A stretch of DNA of 64,000 bases from assembly GCA_011109175.1 (NCBI GenBank), contig RDEW01000039.1, positions 322,068 to 386,067 on the forward strand, read 5' to 3'. Each line of letters starts with the position of its first letter. The stretch's first letter is position 1. Of this stretch, positions 39,353 to 50,399 are shown in pieces. This stretch comes from Dicyema japonicum (taxonomy: Eukaryota > Animalia > Dicyemida). Made by a program: the position numbers and the translations under genes. The notes under the pieces were generated by a model. It did no database searches, was not told the origin of the DNA, and saw nothing but the letters and a program-made list of their open reading frames with translations.

Positions 39353-39964
39353 CTAATACCAGAGAGGTCCTATCAAAGAAATTGGTAGAATCCCTAAAAT
39401 GTCTAAGATCTGATACATTTAATTACTCCCATTTGTATCCCATTATTAGGCCTAGAAGTACTGTTGTAAGTTGATCTGTTGCTTGCACTGGGAGATGCTG
39501 GAGTCGCTGTAGTCGACGTACTAGTAGTTGCTGCAGTCGAAGGAGCAGTTGATTCGGTGGTTACTACTGCAGTTGAGAGAGTTGTTGACTCGGTGGTTAC
39601 TACTGCAGTTGAGGGATTAGTTGATTCGGTGGTTGTCGTGGTTGTTGAGGGAGTAGTTGACTCTGTAGTTGTCGTGATAGTTGAGGGAGTAGTTGAATCG
39701 GTAGTTGTCGTTGTCGAGGGAGTAGTTGACTCGGTGGTTACTGTGACAGTTGGTGGAGTAGTTGATTCGGTGGTTGTCGTGGTAGTTAAGGGAGCAGTTG
39801 ACTCAGTGGTTACTGCGACAGTTGATGCAGTAGTTGATTCAGTGGTTGTGCTAGTTGATGATCCTATGGCTTCAGAAGGTGTGGACTGTAATGAAAGGTT
39901 TGAGAGAACTAGGAGAGCTACAAAATTAAATTATTAGGAAACTTGAAAATAGTATGATTTTCAT
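39353..39964 (-). CDS. Thr-rich mucin-like protein with signal peptide, 12-aa repeats and GPI-type C-terminus (paralog 2)
   Basis: Introns 39918-39942 (25 nt) and 39394-39416 (23 nt) give MKIILFSTLLVLSNLSLQS..(TTESTTPSTTTT-like repeats)..NNGIQMGVIKWILPISLIGPLWY*. The ORF-track valine-rich plus-strand ORF is its antisense shadow. Confidence 0.82.
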
Positions 39965-42900
39965 AATTTTAACTTTTTATCGATAAAAACTTTATATCTG
40001 AATTATCAACCCGATAAATCGTCAGATAAAATTTTCTTAATTTCCACACAAACTCAAAATGATAGATTTCACTGTAAATCAAAAAAATTAACAAGAATTT
40101 TGAGACTGCATGAATCCCCCGCTATCGACACAGAGCAAATTGGGGGTACAAAGCAACTGTTTTTGAGTCTTGTCGGAAACAGAAACAGTGTCATTACGGT
40201 AAACACTACATTTCTTTATGGTTGTAGATCATCTCATGTACCTTTTGCAATATTTCTAAAAGGTGAGGTCCAAGACATCCTTTCGAACCGGAAGTCGTCG
40301 TGGATGGAGTTCTATCCAAGATATATGAAACCTTTTTTGTGAAAATAAGATTGGACGATAACCTTTATCCCTTTCTCGTTGGAGGAGAACTTTTGAGTAT
40401 CCACGTTTAGGGAAGTCATTCTTTCTTCTTTGTGGAGATATAAACCAACTCGATCTGCAGAAAAATTATTGCGCCTACAACTTTCACTTAAATTTTTTTT
40501 CGTCACTCTTTAAAAGGATTTATCATTATTTTCCCGAATTTCTTTAAAAAACATAAAAACCCTTACGGAAACACCATTGTTCACGTGTTTATTTTCTTTT
40601 TCTGGTAAGTTAATAAGATCTAGTTCACTTTGTAAGAGACATTGTAGTGTAAGCTCGAGTCCACCACTGCTGTAGCTGATTTCAGTAAGCACGAGATATA
40701 TTTCTCTGCCTCTAAGAGCTTACTGGTATGAAGGTAGATCCTGGAAGTTAAGGTGAATCTTACATTCTCCAAAACAGCCTCAATAAAATTATATCAAATC
40801 AGTATTTTCTCCACCTAAAACTGAAACTAAGTATCATCCGCGTATATTATTTCAGCGGGGTTAGTTTGGGGCAATGCCTTTTGGATCACTGTGCTTGGAT
40901 GAGATTTTCGACGACTTTTAAAAATTTATTTCTATTTATGTGTCAACACATGGGAAATATCTATTCACACGACGTTTATAAAGGTTTTGGACTTTGTCGC
41001 AAAACAGTGAACCACATATGACCTCATAACACATATGTATAAGGTCTTTCTATGATTACTTTCTTTAACTTAGAATCATCCTGTACATGATGTTTCTGAC
41101 CGATGAACCCGTGAGTTCCTTCAACTTTTGGTTGCACAAGAATCGGGATACTTTGCACGGCAGACACTACTTTGTTCGAAACTTAGAATTTCAAATGTCT
41201 CCCAAGTTTGTCTCCCTACTCACGATCACGAGAAAAAGGAAGTAGTTAATGCAGCCAATCAGTTCTCTGTTCCTTGATATTTTTATAGTTTTTGAGATAT
41301 CCCGTCGGGATCGATGATTTTCCTGAATTAACCTCAGCCACTACTGATAAAGTTGCCTCTACTGTTATTGGATTTTTATCGATCACCTAATTCGAAAGAT
41401 TGACTTTTTGCGAAGGCTAATTTTCGTCGACCAGATCTCACTGTGAGGAGACAATCTTTCTAACACGACATAGTTGTTGAAAGAGATCTTCTTACTTTTT
41501 TCCGCACCAAGTTGACTGTTGAAGGTCACCATTATGAAAACTCTTTCACTTAAGGATGAAGTGACTCCACGACGATAGGACGTGTGATGTAACTGGAAGA
41601 GGGCTTACCTACTTCTCCAGGTAGATGGATAAATTCTGAAAACTTCAGTTGGAAAAAAAGCAAAATTAGCTTATTATTTAAAAGGATGTCTTCAAATAGA
41701 TCAGTGACACCCGGCATACATCTAATGCTTCTTCACATTGGCTCGTACTTTGGGTTTGTATGTGACTATTTCAAAATTTCCACTTCATGTGACTCAATTG
41801 GGTCAAATAAACTCTAGATTTAATATTAACAACAGATTATTCGTCAAGCCTCTTTTCTATCGATTCTTTAATTCGAGGTCCATAGAAATACTCTTGATTT
41901 ATGAAAAGGGGATTTAGGATAATGTGGGTCACAGTTAAATAACTAGAAAATATCAAAATTAGCACCAAATAAGTTTATTACTTGAAAATCAAACAAATAC
42001 TGTTAATCGAGACGAGTGGACTCTTCGGGCCCAAGACGGTCTTTTCAAGATCTCATAGGTCAATGGTTTCGAAAGTTAGTAATGAGCGACGGGAAACCGA
42101 ATGTCTGTTCCAAAGGATCTCTGGCAGTTGTCAGGGAAACAGCCATTCCATCCTACCAGCTGGAAATTTGATTGTCTTGTTACGAAATCTTTGAATCCTG
42201 TGTTTTTTAATAAAAATTAATACATTTTGTGTTCATATTTTCCTGTTTAATAAAATCACGTCAGGTTATGCTCTTTAATCCGTAAAATAATAAAAATTTG
42301 TTGTTTCTAATTAAAACACTGGACAACCGCCTGCATTGGCACAGAAATTCATTAGATTTTTACAGACAGGGACGTTGTGAGTTGGACCCAAAAATCCCAG
42401 GTGACTTAAAGATGAACTGTTTTCAGATGGTCCTCTATGTATTTTTAAGAGTTTAAGTCCTCAATTCCGGATATGTAGCCATCAAGTTGGAGGAGAAGCC
42501 ATCAAAGAATCTTCCATCTTTCAACAGGAAAGAATCGTCCCATCAGGATTATTGTTCTTTCATTTAAATTCAAAAAGTTCTAACAAGTCATGAGAAGATG
42601 AGTTTGCTGCTTTCACATTCCTTTCAGCGCTCCCCAGCAGGATAGTACGCAAAGTCTTTTTACGTCGACTGTCTTCCCCACAATGGTTTATGAAAACAGT
42701 GATATAATCATTAACCGACAAAGCTAGGAGGAGAATTGATGATTAATCAAGAGAAAGGCATTAATATTCATATGTACCTATTTTAAAGTTAATTAACTCC
42801 CTAATTAGTGTGAAAATAAAACATGTTATATTTAATGTCGATCATTTAATGGGGGAAGTCGACTTGGACATTTTTTACATGCTTTGCATCAAATCAATTA

Positions 42901-43732
42901 AAATCTTTATTCCAAGTCCTTCGTTAAACGGAAAAAAACAAACTAAGTGATCTCGACATATTTAATACAAGCTCTCAGCTTGTTCGATGCTCCTCCCTCG
43001 ATCCTACACAAGCTCGTTGAGGTCGGGTTTCCTTCTGTCCTTTGTTGACAACATTTAATTTATATTCTTTGATGGTCGTCTATAACCCATGTTCTATGTG
43101 AACAGTTTGGAATCTCCTTACAAAAATTGACTTGAATATTCTTTGGACTATCATCCATAATATTTTGTATTCATATAAAGTCATTGTCAAATTTTTAATC
43201 TCAAAAATTTATTCAATAATGGTAAATCACATTATAATTCAAAAAAAACAGTCAAAATCAAAAATGTGGTTAGTTTATTGACCAAATTTATTTTATAATT
43301 GATTTTATTAATTTATTAACCCCAGACATACAATCTGTGGTAACTCAACCAAAACCAATCACCAGAAATTTATTCAAAAAATAACCCAAGGAAGAACGTC
43401 TGCTTATGCCACCAAATCCATCTTCCAAATAGTCCATTACAGGTATCCGCTTACGAAGAAAAGTGGAGAAGTCGGTTTGACATCTTCTATTTTCGTAGCA
43501 TCTCCTACCGTCGCAGACATCACTTCATTCATAGGCACAAGAGATTTGGCAAGGGGAATCTATGAAGATCGCTTTCATCAACTGTGTCGTGCCACAAGAA
43601 GTCATTGCTTCACAAGTGGGATCTGTTTGACAAGTATTGACGTTCGCTGAAAACACCATCTTTCGGATTCGAACCGACGACTGTCAGATCCGATGTCATC
43701 AGACGTTAATCAGACTGATCAGGTTAAGTATA

Positions 43733-46701
43733 TTATTATTATCAGCACTGCCGAGAACACAAAAAACAAAAGTCAATTAAGGTTCCCTTGTGCCGCGCCG
43801 GCTACCCTTTGCACCAATCGCATCCAAAGGCCTCTCCGTTCCGCAAGATCTCTTAGTTCATCGAGGTCATCCATTGTTTTCAACTCCCTGCCTATGGCTT
43901 TTAGGTCCTCATTTAGCGTGATAGGTAAGGTTGTTCTAGGCCTTCCTCGGAATGATTTTGTTTTTTCCATGAAATATTCATCTATTACGTGATTTGCCGG
44001 GACATCCAAGTCCATCCTCAGAATGTGACCGAACAGTCTCCATCTCGATCTTCTGATTTCCATGGATAATGGTTCTGTTTTGCTCAACTTATATAATTGT
44101 TCGTTTTTGATCTTCATTTTGTAGTGAATATTAAGTGCCTTCCGAAGCATACTGCGGTCGAAACTGTCAATAGACTCCATTGCCCGTTTAGACAAACCCC
44201 ATGTCCCACAGTTATATATTAGGATGGGGACAACAAAGTATTTGTATATCATAAGCTTTATTTTTCCACAAAGTCTTCTTCCCGAACTCCATATTTTAGA
44301 TAGGCTTCTGAAAGCACCAGATGCAAGGATTTTCCGTCGAGCTACATCTTCCTCGTCCCCAAGAGCGATCCGACCTTCTTATGTCTTCTCCACGTCTCGT
44401 CGGATATCCTCTCTGCACGGCTGAATGATGTAAATTCCGTTTTGTCAGTGTTTATCTTCAAGAACCATTTTTGGAAAATGTTAGGAAGATGTTCGTTTAT
44501 GTACTTGAGAAATTCAGAATCATCCGATACAAAGTCCAGATCGTCTGCGTAAATCAACTCATAATATTGTCCTTTAATGGATAATCTGAAATCCCTCAGT
44601 GCAGCCTCAAGATAAATAATAAATAGAATAGGAGACAACGAATCCCCTTGTGGAACTCCCCGAGTGGTTTTAAAAAAATTGGAAGCGGTATTTCCGATTT
44701 TGACAGCCAGGTGAGTATCTTCTAGGAGCAAGGAAATAATTCTAACATCATCCGTGTCTAGAAATGTATTCAGAATGTTAATAAGTAGTCCCCTGTGTAC
44801 AGAGTCGAATGCACGACTCATGTCGATCCCCAGAACTTCTATGCATTTTTTGTATTTCTGACATATAGCGCCAGACCATCTGTGCGTCCATACTATGTCG
44901 GCGGTTGATCTTTTTTCCCTGAAACCGCTTTGTCCAGGCGATAAGAATTTGTCGACTTTCCCTTTGATTCGATTTAATACAATGATAGAGAGGGTTTTCC
45001 GTAAGACCGATAATAGAATTATTGGTCTTAGACTGTTTTGGGACCTCTAGGTTTCCCAGGTTTTGGTATTGGAATTAGCCATCCTCTCCCAATTCCAAGA
45101 TCGTTTTTGTCTTCAAATGCTTTATTGAGTATGATGGTGATTATTTCACCCAATTCAGTGGGTCCACATTTTATTAACTCTGCAGGTATATTATCAGGAC
45201 CAGCCGCTTTCCTGTAGTTTAGTTTTCCTATTGCCTTGATAGTTTCCGCGATAATAATGGGGCAGTTAAGAGGAGCCGTTGATGTTATTGGAGATTTGTT
45301 TTCAATTTCTTGATTGTTAAAGATGTCATAGTAGTGTGAAGAGACTATGTTCGCCTTTTCAATAACATTCAATACTGATCGTCCATGTTGGTCGTGAATA
45401 ACAATATTCCCTGGTCGTTTCTTTTTGCTAATAATCCGAATGGCTTTGAACATTTTGGATCCGTTCTTATATTTCTTGATTTCATCGACCTGTTCCTCCA
45501 CTTCCTTTTTTACTTGATATTTTTGAAGTTTTTTGATTTTTGTTAAAATTGAGTTACGAACTATCCTTAGCTCTTTTTTTAGACTCGGTATATTTGAATT
45601 ATTAATTCTAATCCTCAAATTCTTTTGTTCTGAAGATAAGTATGATATTTCTTCGTTGTTATATTTGAATTTGTTTTTGTGAGTAGTCCCCAAAACCAAC
45701 GACGCGGTATTCTTCATTGCAACTCCAACGTCATTCCACAAATCCTGTGCACTATTGTTTGTATTCATCTTGCTTAATTCCTTTCTGAGTTTTTCGCCAT
45801 ACTCTTTCATCTTTATTTCATTGCTTATTAGAGTTTCTGTATCCAATCTTTCGAATTCCGTTTTTCCATATCTTCCAGGTTTGTACAAACTTCCCAAAGA
45901 GAACCGAGTGATCACCAATTTGTGATCACTTGATGTTTCAAGCCCATCGTATGATCTCGAGTTTCGTATTAGGTTTTTGTTCCTTCTTCTGCACAAGATA
46001 TAATCAATTTGATTATATATTTTAATCAAGTTGCCATTTTTGTCCTTTCGTGAACCAGTCCAGGTAGTTTTATGTCTTGCTGGGTGTTCAAAAGCAGTGT
46101 TCGTAATAAATAAGTTGTAGGATTCGCAGAATTGAACCAATGAGACACCAGAGGAATTTCGACGATTCCGAGCATGTGATCCAATACAAGTCTCCCCATT
46201 CCGTACTTTACCAACTCTGGCATTCCAGTCTCCACCAATAAACGTCAGATATGACGACGAAAGTGAGTCATATGTCCCTGTCAAACATGAGTAAAACGCA
46301 CCAAGTTCTTCAGGATTGGCATCAGCCCGGACAGCGGTCGGAGCATAAACATTGATGATAGAAATAACAGAGTTGGGCTTTGTTCCAAACTTCAGTTGCA
46401 TGACTGCAATACGATCCGAGACAGCCCATACGCGTGTCACACGGTCGTAAAGATCCCTGTGAACCGCAAATCCAAGACCATAATGTCGGCAGTCAGAGTC
46501 CAAAGTGATCATGTAGTAATCATCCAATTTCGTAATAGAATATGCTGTAATCTTTGTCTCTTGAATGCAGCAAATACTGACACCATGGATAGATAAATCA
46601 CGTGCGAGTTGATGTTTTTTGGTGATGAACTTCAAGCCTCGAGTGTTGAAAGTACCAAGAGAGAATGGGCAACGGGTAATTAAGCGCGAAGTATATGCCA
46701 T
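43733..46701 (-). mobile_element. Near-intact RTE-clade LINE (single APE-RT ORF)
   Basis: TFNTRGL, IQET, YAPT, GDWNARVG, SDHKLV (APE); KAAGPDNIP, LRPIILL, QSGFR, DMSRAFDSV, GVPQGDSLSP, YADD (RT); YNCGTW, WRLFGHILRM, RGRPRTT. Only two single-base breaks (about 45035 and 44350), both in homopolymers. (ata)n tail at about 43733-43745. Confidence 0.92.
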
Positions 46702-46804
46702 TTTATTAATTTTATTTTAATAAAATAAACTATTTTCTAATTAAATTTATATTTGGATAACATTAAAAATAATAAAATACTAAACTAATTAATTGACCTA
46801 GTAA

Positions 46805-47497
46805 ATGATTCATAATTACAAGGATCCTGGTGACATATATATTTATATCAAAAGCCGTTCTTCGTCTTTTAAGTGAAATACGAGAATTATCTCAACCAAC
46901 AGAATTGTACTACGCTCAGCCTTGCGGGGATTATCTCTTTGAATGGCACTTTACTATTCGTGGCCCACAAAAAACTGACTTTCAGGGAGGTATCTATCAC
47001 GGCAAAATAGTCATTCCTAGTGACTACCAATGCGACCTCCCAAATTCTATTTTCTTACAGTATTCATTTTCTAACCAAATTTAGACAAATGGGAGATACG
47101 AAATAAATAAATCGATCTGTTTTACCATCTCTGAACATCATCCAGAAACTGGGTACCAACTGGACGAGTTGATATGATTCTGATTTCATAGTAAGGACAA
47201 TGCCTGCTCGGAATTATTTCCCTTTTTACGGAGACTGATATCAATTACACCGGATTTATTTATTCTACTCCTCAGAAAATTAGAGAACTCGCCGAGAAAC
47301 TCACGTTCATTCATATGCAAAATATGTGGAGAGACTAGATATCTCTTAACGGAGGATGATAAGTACAGATGCCCAAAAAATATGACGACGAACCAATTAA
47401 GGCAGAAGTCAAAGAGAACGACCCAAATGAAGATAAGCTCAATGAGGATGCCTCCAATGAATATTATAGTGAAGAATATATTGAAGAAGCTGAATAA
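46805..47497 (+). CDS. UBE2J1: Ubiquitin-conjugating enzyme E2 J1-like (Ubc6 family), 3 introns of 24-25 nt
   Basis: MIHNYKDPAVLRLL, YYAQPCGDYLFEWHFTIRGP, FQGGIYHGKI, (P)MRPPKF, NGRYEINKSICFTISEHHPE match UBE2J1. At least 4 single-base corrections are needed and the 3' frame is uncertain. Confidence 0.85.
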
Positions 47498-47950
47498 AAT
47501 TATTTATTTTTTGTTATTTTTCTTTAAATAATTATTCTTGTTTTTTTAATTATTTCCCTCAGTTTAGCTAACATAGAGAATATATTGTGACCGTTCGAGG
47601 TATCCTTAGGTAGGTAAATTGTCCCGTATTATACCCAATACAAAGTGAGTTTTCTTCATGAATGTATGTAAAGAACTCGATCAGGCTGTCCTTCTTTAGG
47701 ATTAATGGTCTTGTTGCGAATAGAACTTAAAAATTGCGTATTTGTGTGACTCCTGCCCTTTTGGTAGCATCTCCGTCTTTCTCGGTTCTTTTTTTAAGAT
47801 CCAACACTTTTTCGGTAGGAACGACTGACATAAGATTTTTCATTAAACTTTCCCATCGTTTTTCGTTCTAAATATTTTCGATCGCTCTAGATCCAGTGGT
47901 TTTTCAAACGCGAACCAACAAATTTATTATCAGATTAAAAAAATTTATTA

Positions 47951-49093
47951 CAGGGTTTTAATTATTATAAATTGCGTTTTCATTTTCATAAATTGCGTTT
48001 TCATTATTATAAATTGCGTTTTCATTATTATAATTGCGTTTTCATTATTATAAATTGCGTTTTCATTATTATAAATTGCGTTTTCATTTTCATAAATTGC
48101 GTTTTCATTAATTTAAATTTTGTTTTCATAAATATAAATTTTTAAAAAATTTTTTAGGTTTAAAAATCAAAAATTAATTACTCTGCCTTCTAAAAATTCA
48201 GTTTATAAAGTCCACGTTGCTGCATGTATGCTGGCAAAAATCCTTTTCATTATTCAGAGTATTGCAAATACTCATAATCTTTGCTTTTAATTCATCCCTC
48301 TTTGAAGCACGTGGTCGTAGCTTATTCTAAGCTCCACCAATAAGTTCAAAATAATCCCACAAAGTGAGACATTTTGGTTCTTTGATGCAGGATGATATAA
48401 TGTTGGTTCAATGTTGATGAGAGAATGCCCATAATTTATCGATGTATGTAAATTAAATCCGCTTTCATCTAGAAATTGTATGTTTCTATTTCCGAAGTGA
48501 ATTATGTTTTTGCGAAAAAATTTGTCTCGCATGTAGATTTTTTCAGATGTCATTGTCACCGACACCTTTTTGATTCTTTTTCTTTAATACCTCATTTTCT
48601 TGAGGGACGATGAATTGTTGAAAGAGAGATATTAGCATTATTAATGAGCTGTTCTTTAATAAGTGAATTGTCAATTGATGCAATCTCTTGAATCATTTCC
48701 TCGCGACTGTCTTTAGTAATTGACATTTTTCGGCTTTTTTTAAAAAGTTCTTTATATGAACTGTTCTCAGCATGTACAATCTTACAATAGTTTTTCTAAC
48801 GCAATCAGTGGACAAATCTATGAGCTCAGCCAATTCGAACGTTGACTTGGTTTTGTACAGCTTTTTAATTAATTCATACGAAGTTTTGTCAACATTTTTT
48901 TTGTGTTGTTCGAAAACTCGATTGCAAGTATGATCTGACATCCTATTAGCTGTCTTTCAAAAAAAGAATATATATTTCGTTTTCATTAAGATAATGTAAA
49001 AGTTCGAAATTTAGTGAGATGATCAATCTGCACAAGAACGAAATAAAAGTTAAAGGCCGATAATCAATATTACGATTATCAGATAAAACCCTG
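47951..49093 (-). mobile_element. Decayed Tc1/IS630-family DNA transposon
   Basis: 10-bp TIR CAGGGTTTTA...TAAAACCCTG flanked by TA at both ends. Inside are an HTH-like ORF (48693-48941), FLDESGFNL and FLPAY motifs. Confidence 0.75.
47967..48110. repeat. Subterminal tandem array, 7 x ~21 bp
   Basis: Unit ataaattgcgttttcatt(att/ttc), with cores starting near 47970, 47991, 48012, 48032, 48053, 48074 and 48095. Confidence 0.9.
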
Positions 49094-49132
49094 TAGTCGC
49101 ATTTTATATTATTAATTTATATTCATGAAAAC

Positions 49133-49377
49133 GCAAATTTATGAAAAATCATGTTTTAAAACGATTAGTTAAAATTAACTGTTCTTTACTTAAATAAAGT
49201 GTGTGTCCTGCCTATGCGGAGCTATAAATATTATGGCTCTCGTGAAAAGGCTATTATTATCATTATGTGTGCGTAAACAATCACGGACTATAGTACAGGA
49301 AAGGACACACACATTATTTAAGTAAAGAACATTTAATTTTAACTAATCGTTTTAAAACATGATTTTTCATAAATTGC
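49133..49377. repeat. Fold-back inverted repeat (about 81-bp arms, 83-bp loop)
   Basis: 49133-49213 is the near-exact reverse complement of 49297-49377. The arms combine SINE 3'-body sequence with a copy of the 21-bp transposon unit. Confidence 0.85.
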
Positions 49378-49493
49378 TCATATTGTTTAACACAGACCGG
49401 ACTGTATAAAAAATATCTTACTATCATTTTCTTCAATATTTCTGTTTATTTCAGTATAAATTCTTGATTGACGTTCCAATAAATTCGGTTCCC

Positions 49494-49779
49494 TTTTTTA
49501 GAATTTTAATTTTTTAAGGGACCGATCTCTTGAAGAAGTCGACTCATCTTTTTTTTGTGAAATCTCTTTTTAGCTCTTTTTAGAATTTTAATTTTCTAAG
49601 GACCGATCTCTTGAAGAAGTCGACTCATCTTTTTTTGAAGTGAATCTCTTTTTAGCTCTTTTTATAATTTTAATTTTCTAAGGGACCGATCTCTTGAAGA
49701 GGTCGAATCATCTTATTTTTATGTGAATCTCTTTTTAACTCTTTTTAGAATTTTAATTTTCTAAGGGACCGATCTCTTG
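49494..49779. repeat. Minisatellite, about 3.5 x 82-83 bp
   Basis: Unit tttttagaattttaattttctaagggaccgatctcttgaagaagtcgactcatc..gtgaatctctttttagctc is repeated. Confidence 0.9.
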
Positions 49780-50399
49780 GGCTTTATTTAACGAGGAATT
49801 ACCTGGGGAAAGGGATACGCTCAATCTCTCTTCTAAGTGAGAAGATGTTATATGGATTTTTTCGTTCGATTCTCGCACCCTACCTATTTTGTCAAAGAAT
49901 TCCTTCTACTCTTAAACCTTTTCAATTCCTAAGAACCTGTCTCAGGAGATGCCCAGTGCCTGTTTGGAATTAAAAAATATATTTTTTCCTACTTCACTGG
50001 AAAGTTCCCACGATGGTAGATATGAATCGACGTGATGCTTGGAGAGGATACGTCTCACTTCGACCGTGGGAACTGAATATACACTATAAATAAGTCAAAA
50101 TGAAAATATTTATTTTATTGTCAGGATCACTGGGTTGATAAAAAAGTCCTCTCAGCTATCTAATGATCTCTGACTTAGAAAGGAAAGGCGAATCCGGCGA
50201 AATCCTTCTCGTGCATACGGGCACTCGAAGGATACAAATTATCGCTTCAGAATTGCACCCCAAAACCCATCATGTGAACACTTTCTATCTGGATGGAAGA
50301 AAAGTCAAGATCCCTTCACTCTCCAGAACCACCAGGACTTGACGCGAAAGTGGAGGATCTCTGTGTACTACTAAGAAATTAACTAAAACAAATATTCCC

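Noticed and set aside
39479-39937. Valine-rich 152-aa plus-strand ORF (and the similar ORFs at 22695-22980)
   Set aside because: Antisense shadows of the Thr-rich minus-strand genes, which have a signal peptide, conserved introns and a stop.
43650-43725. tRNA-like sequence with GGTTCGAATCC (similar B-box relics near 10685, 25950 and 62585; A-box-like at 11355)
   Set aside because: I could not fold a cloverleaf or find an anticodon arm; at best these are decayed SINE heads.
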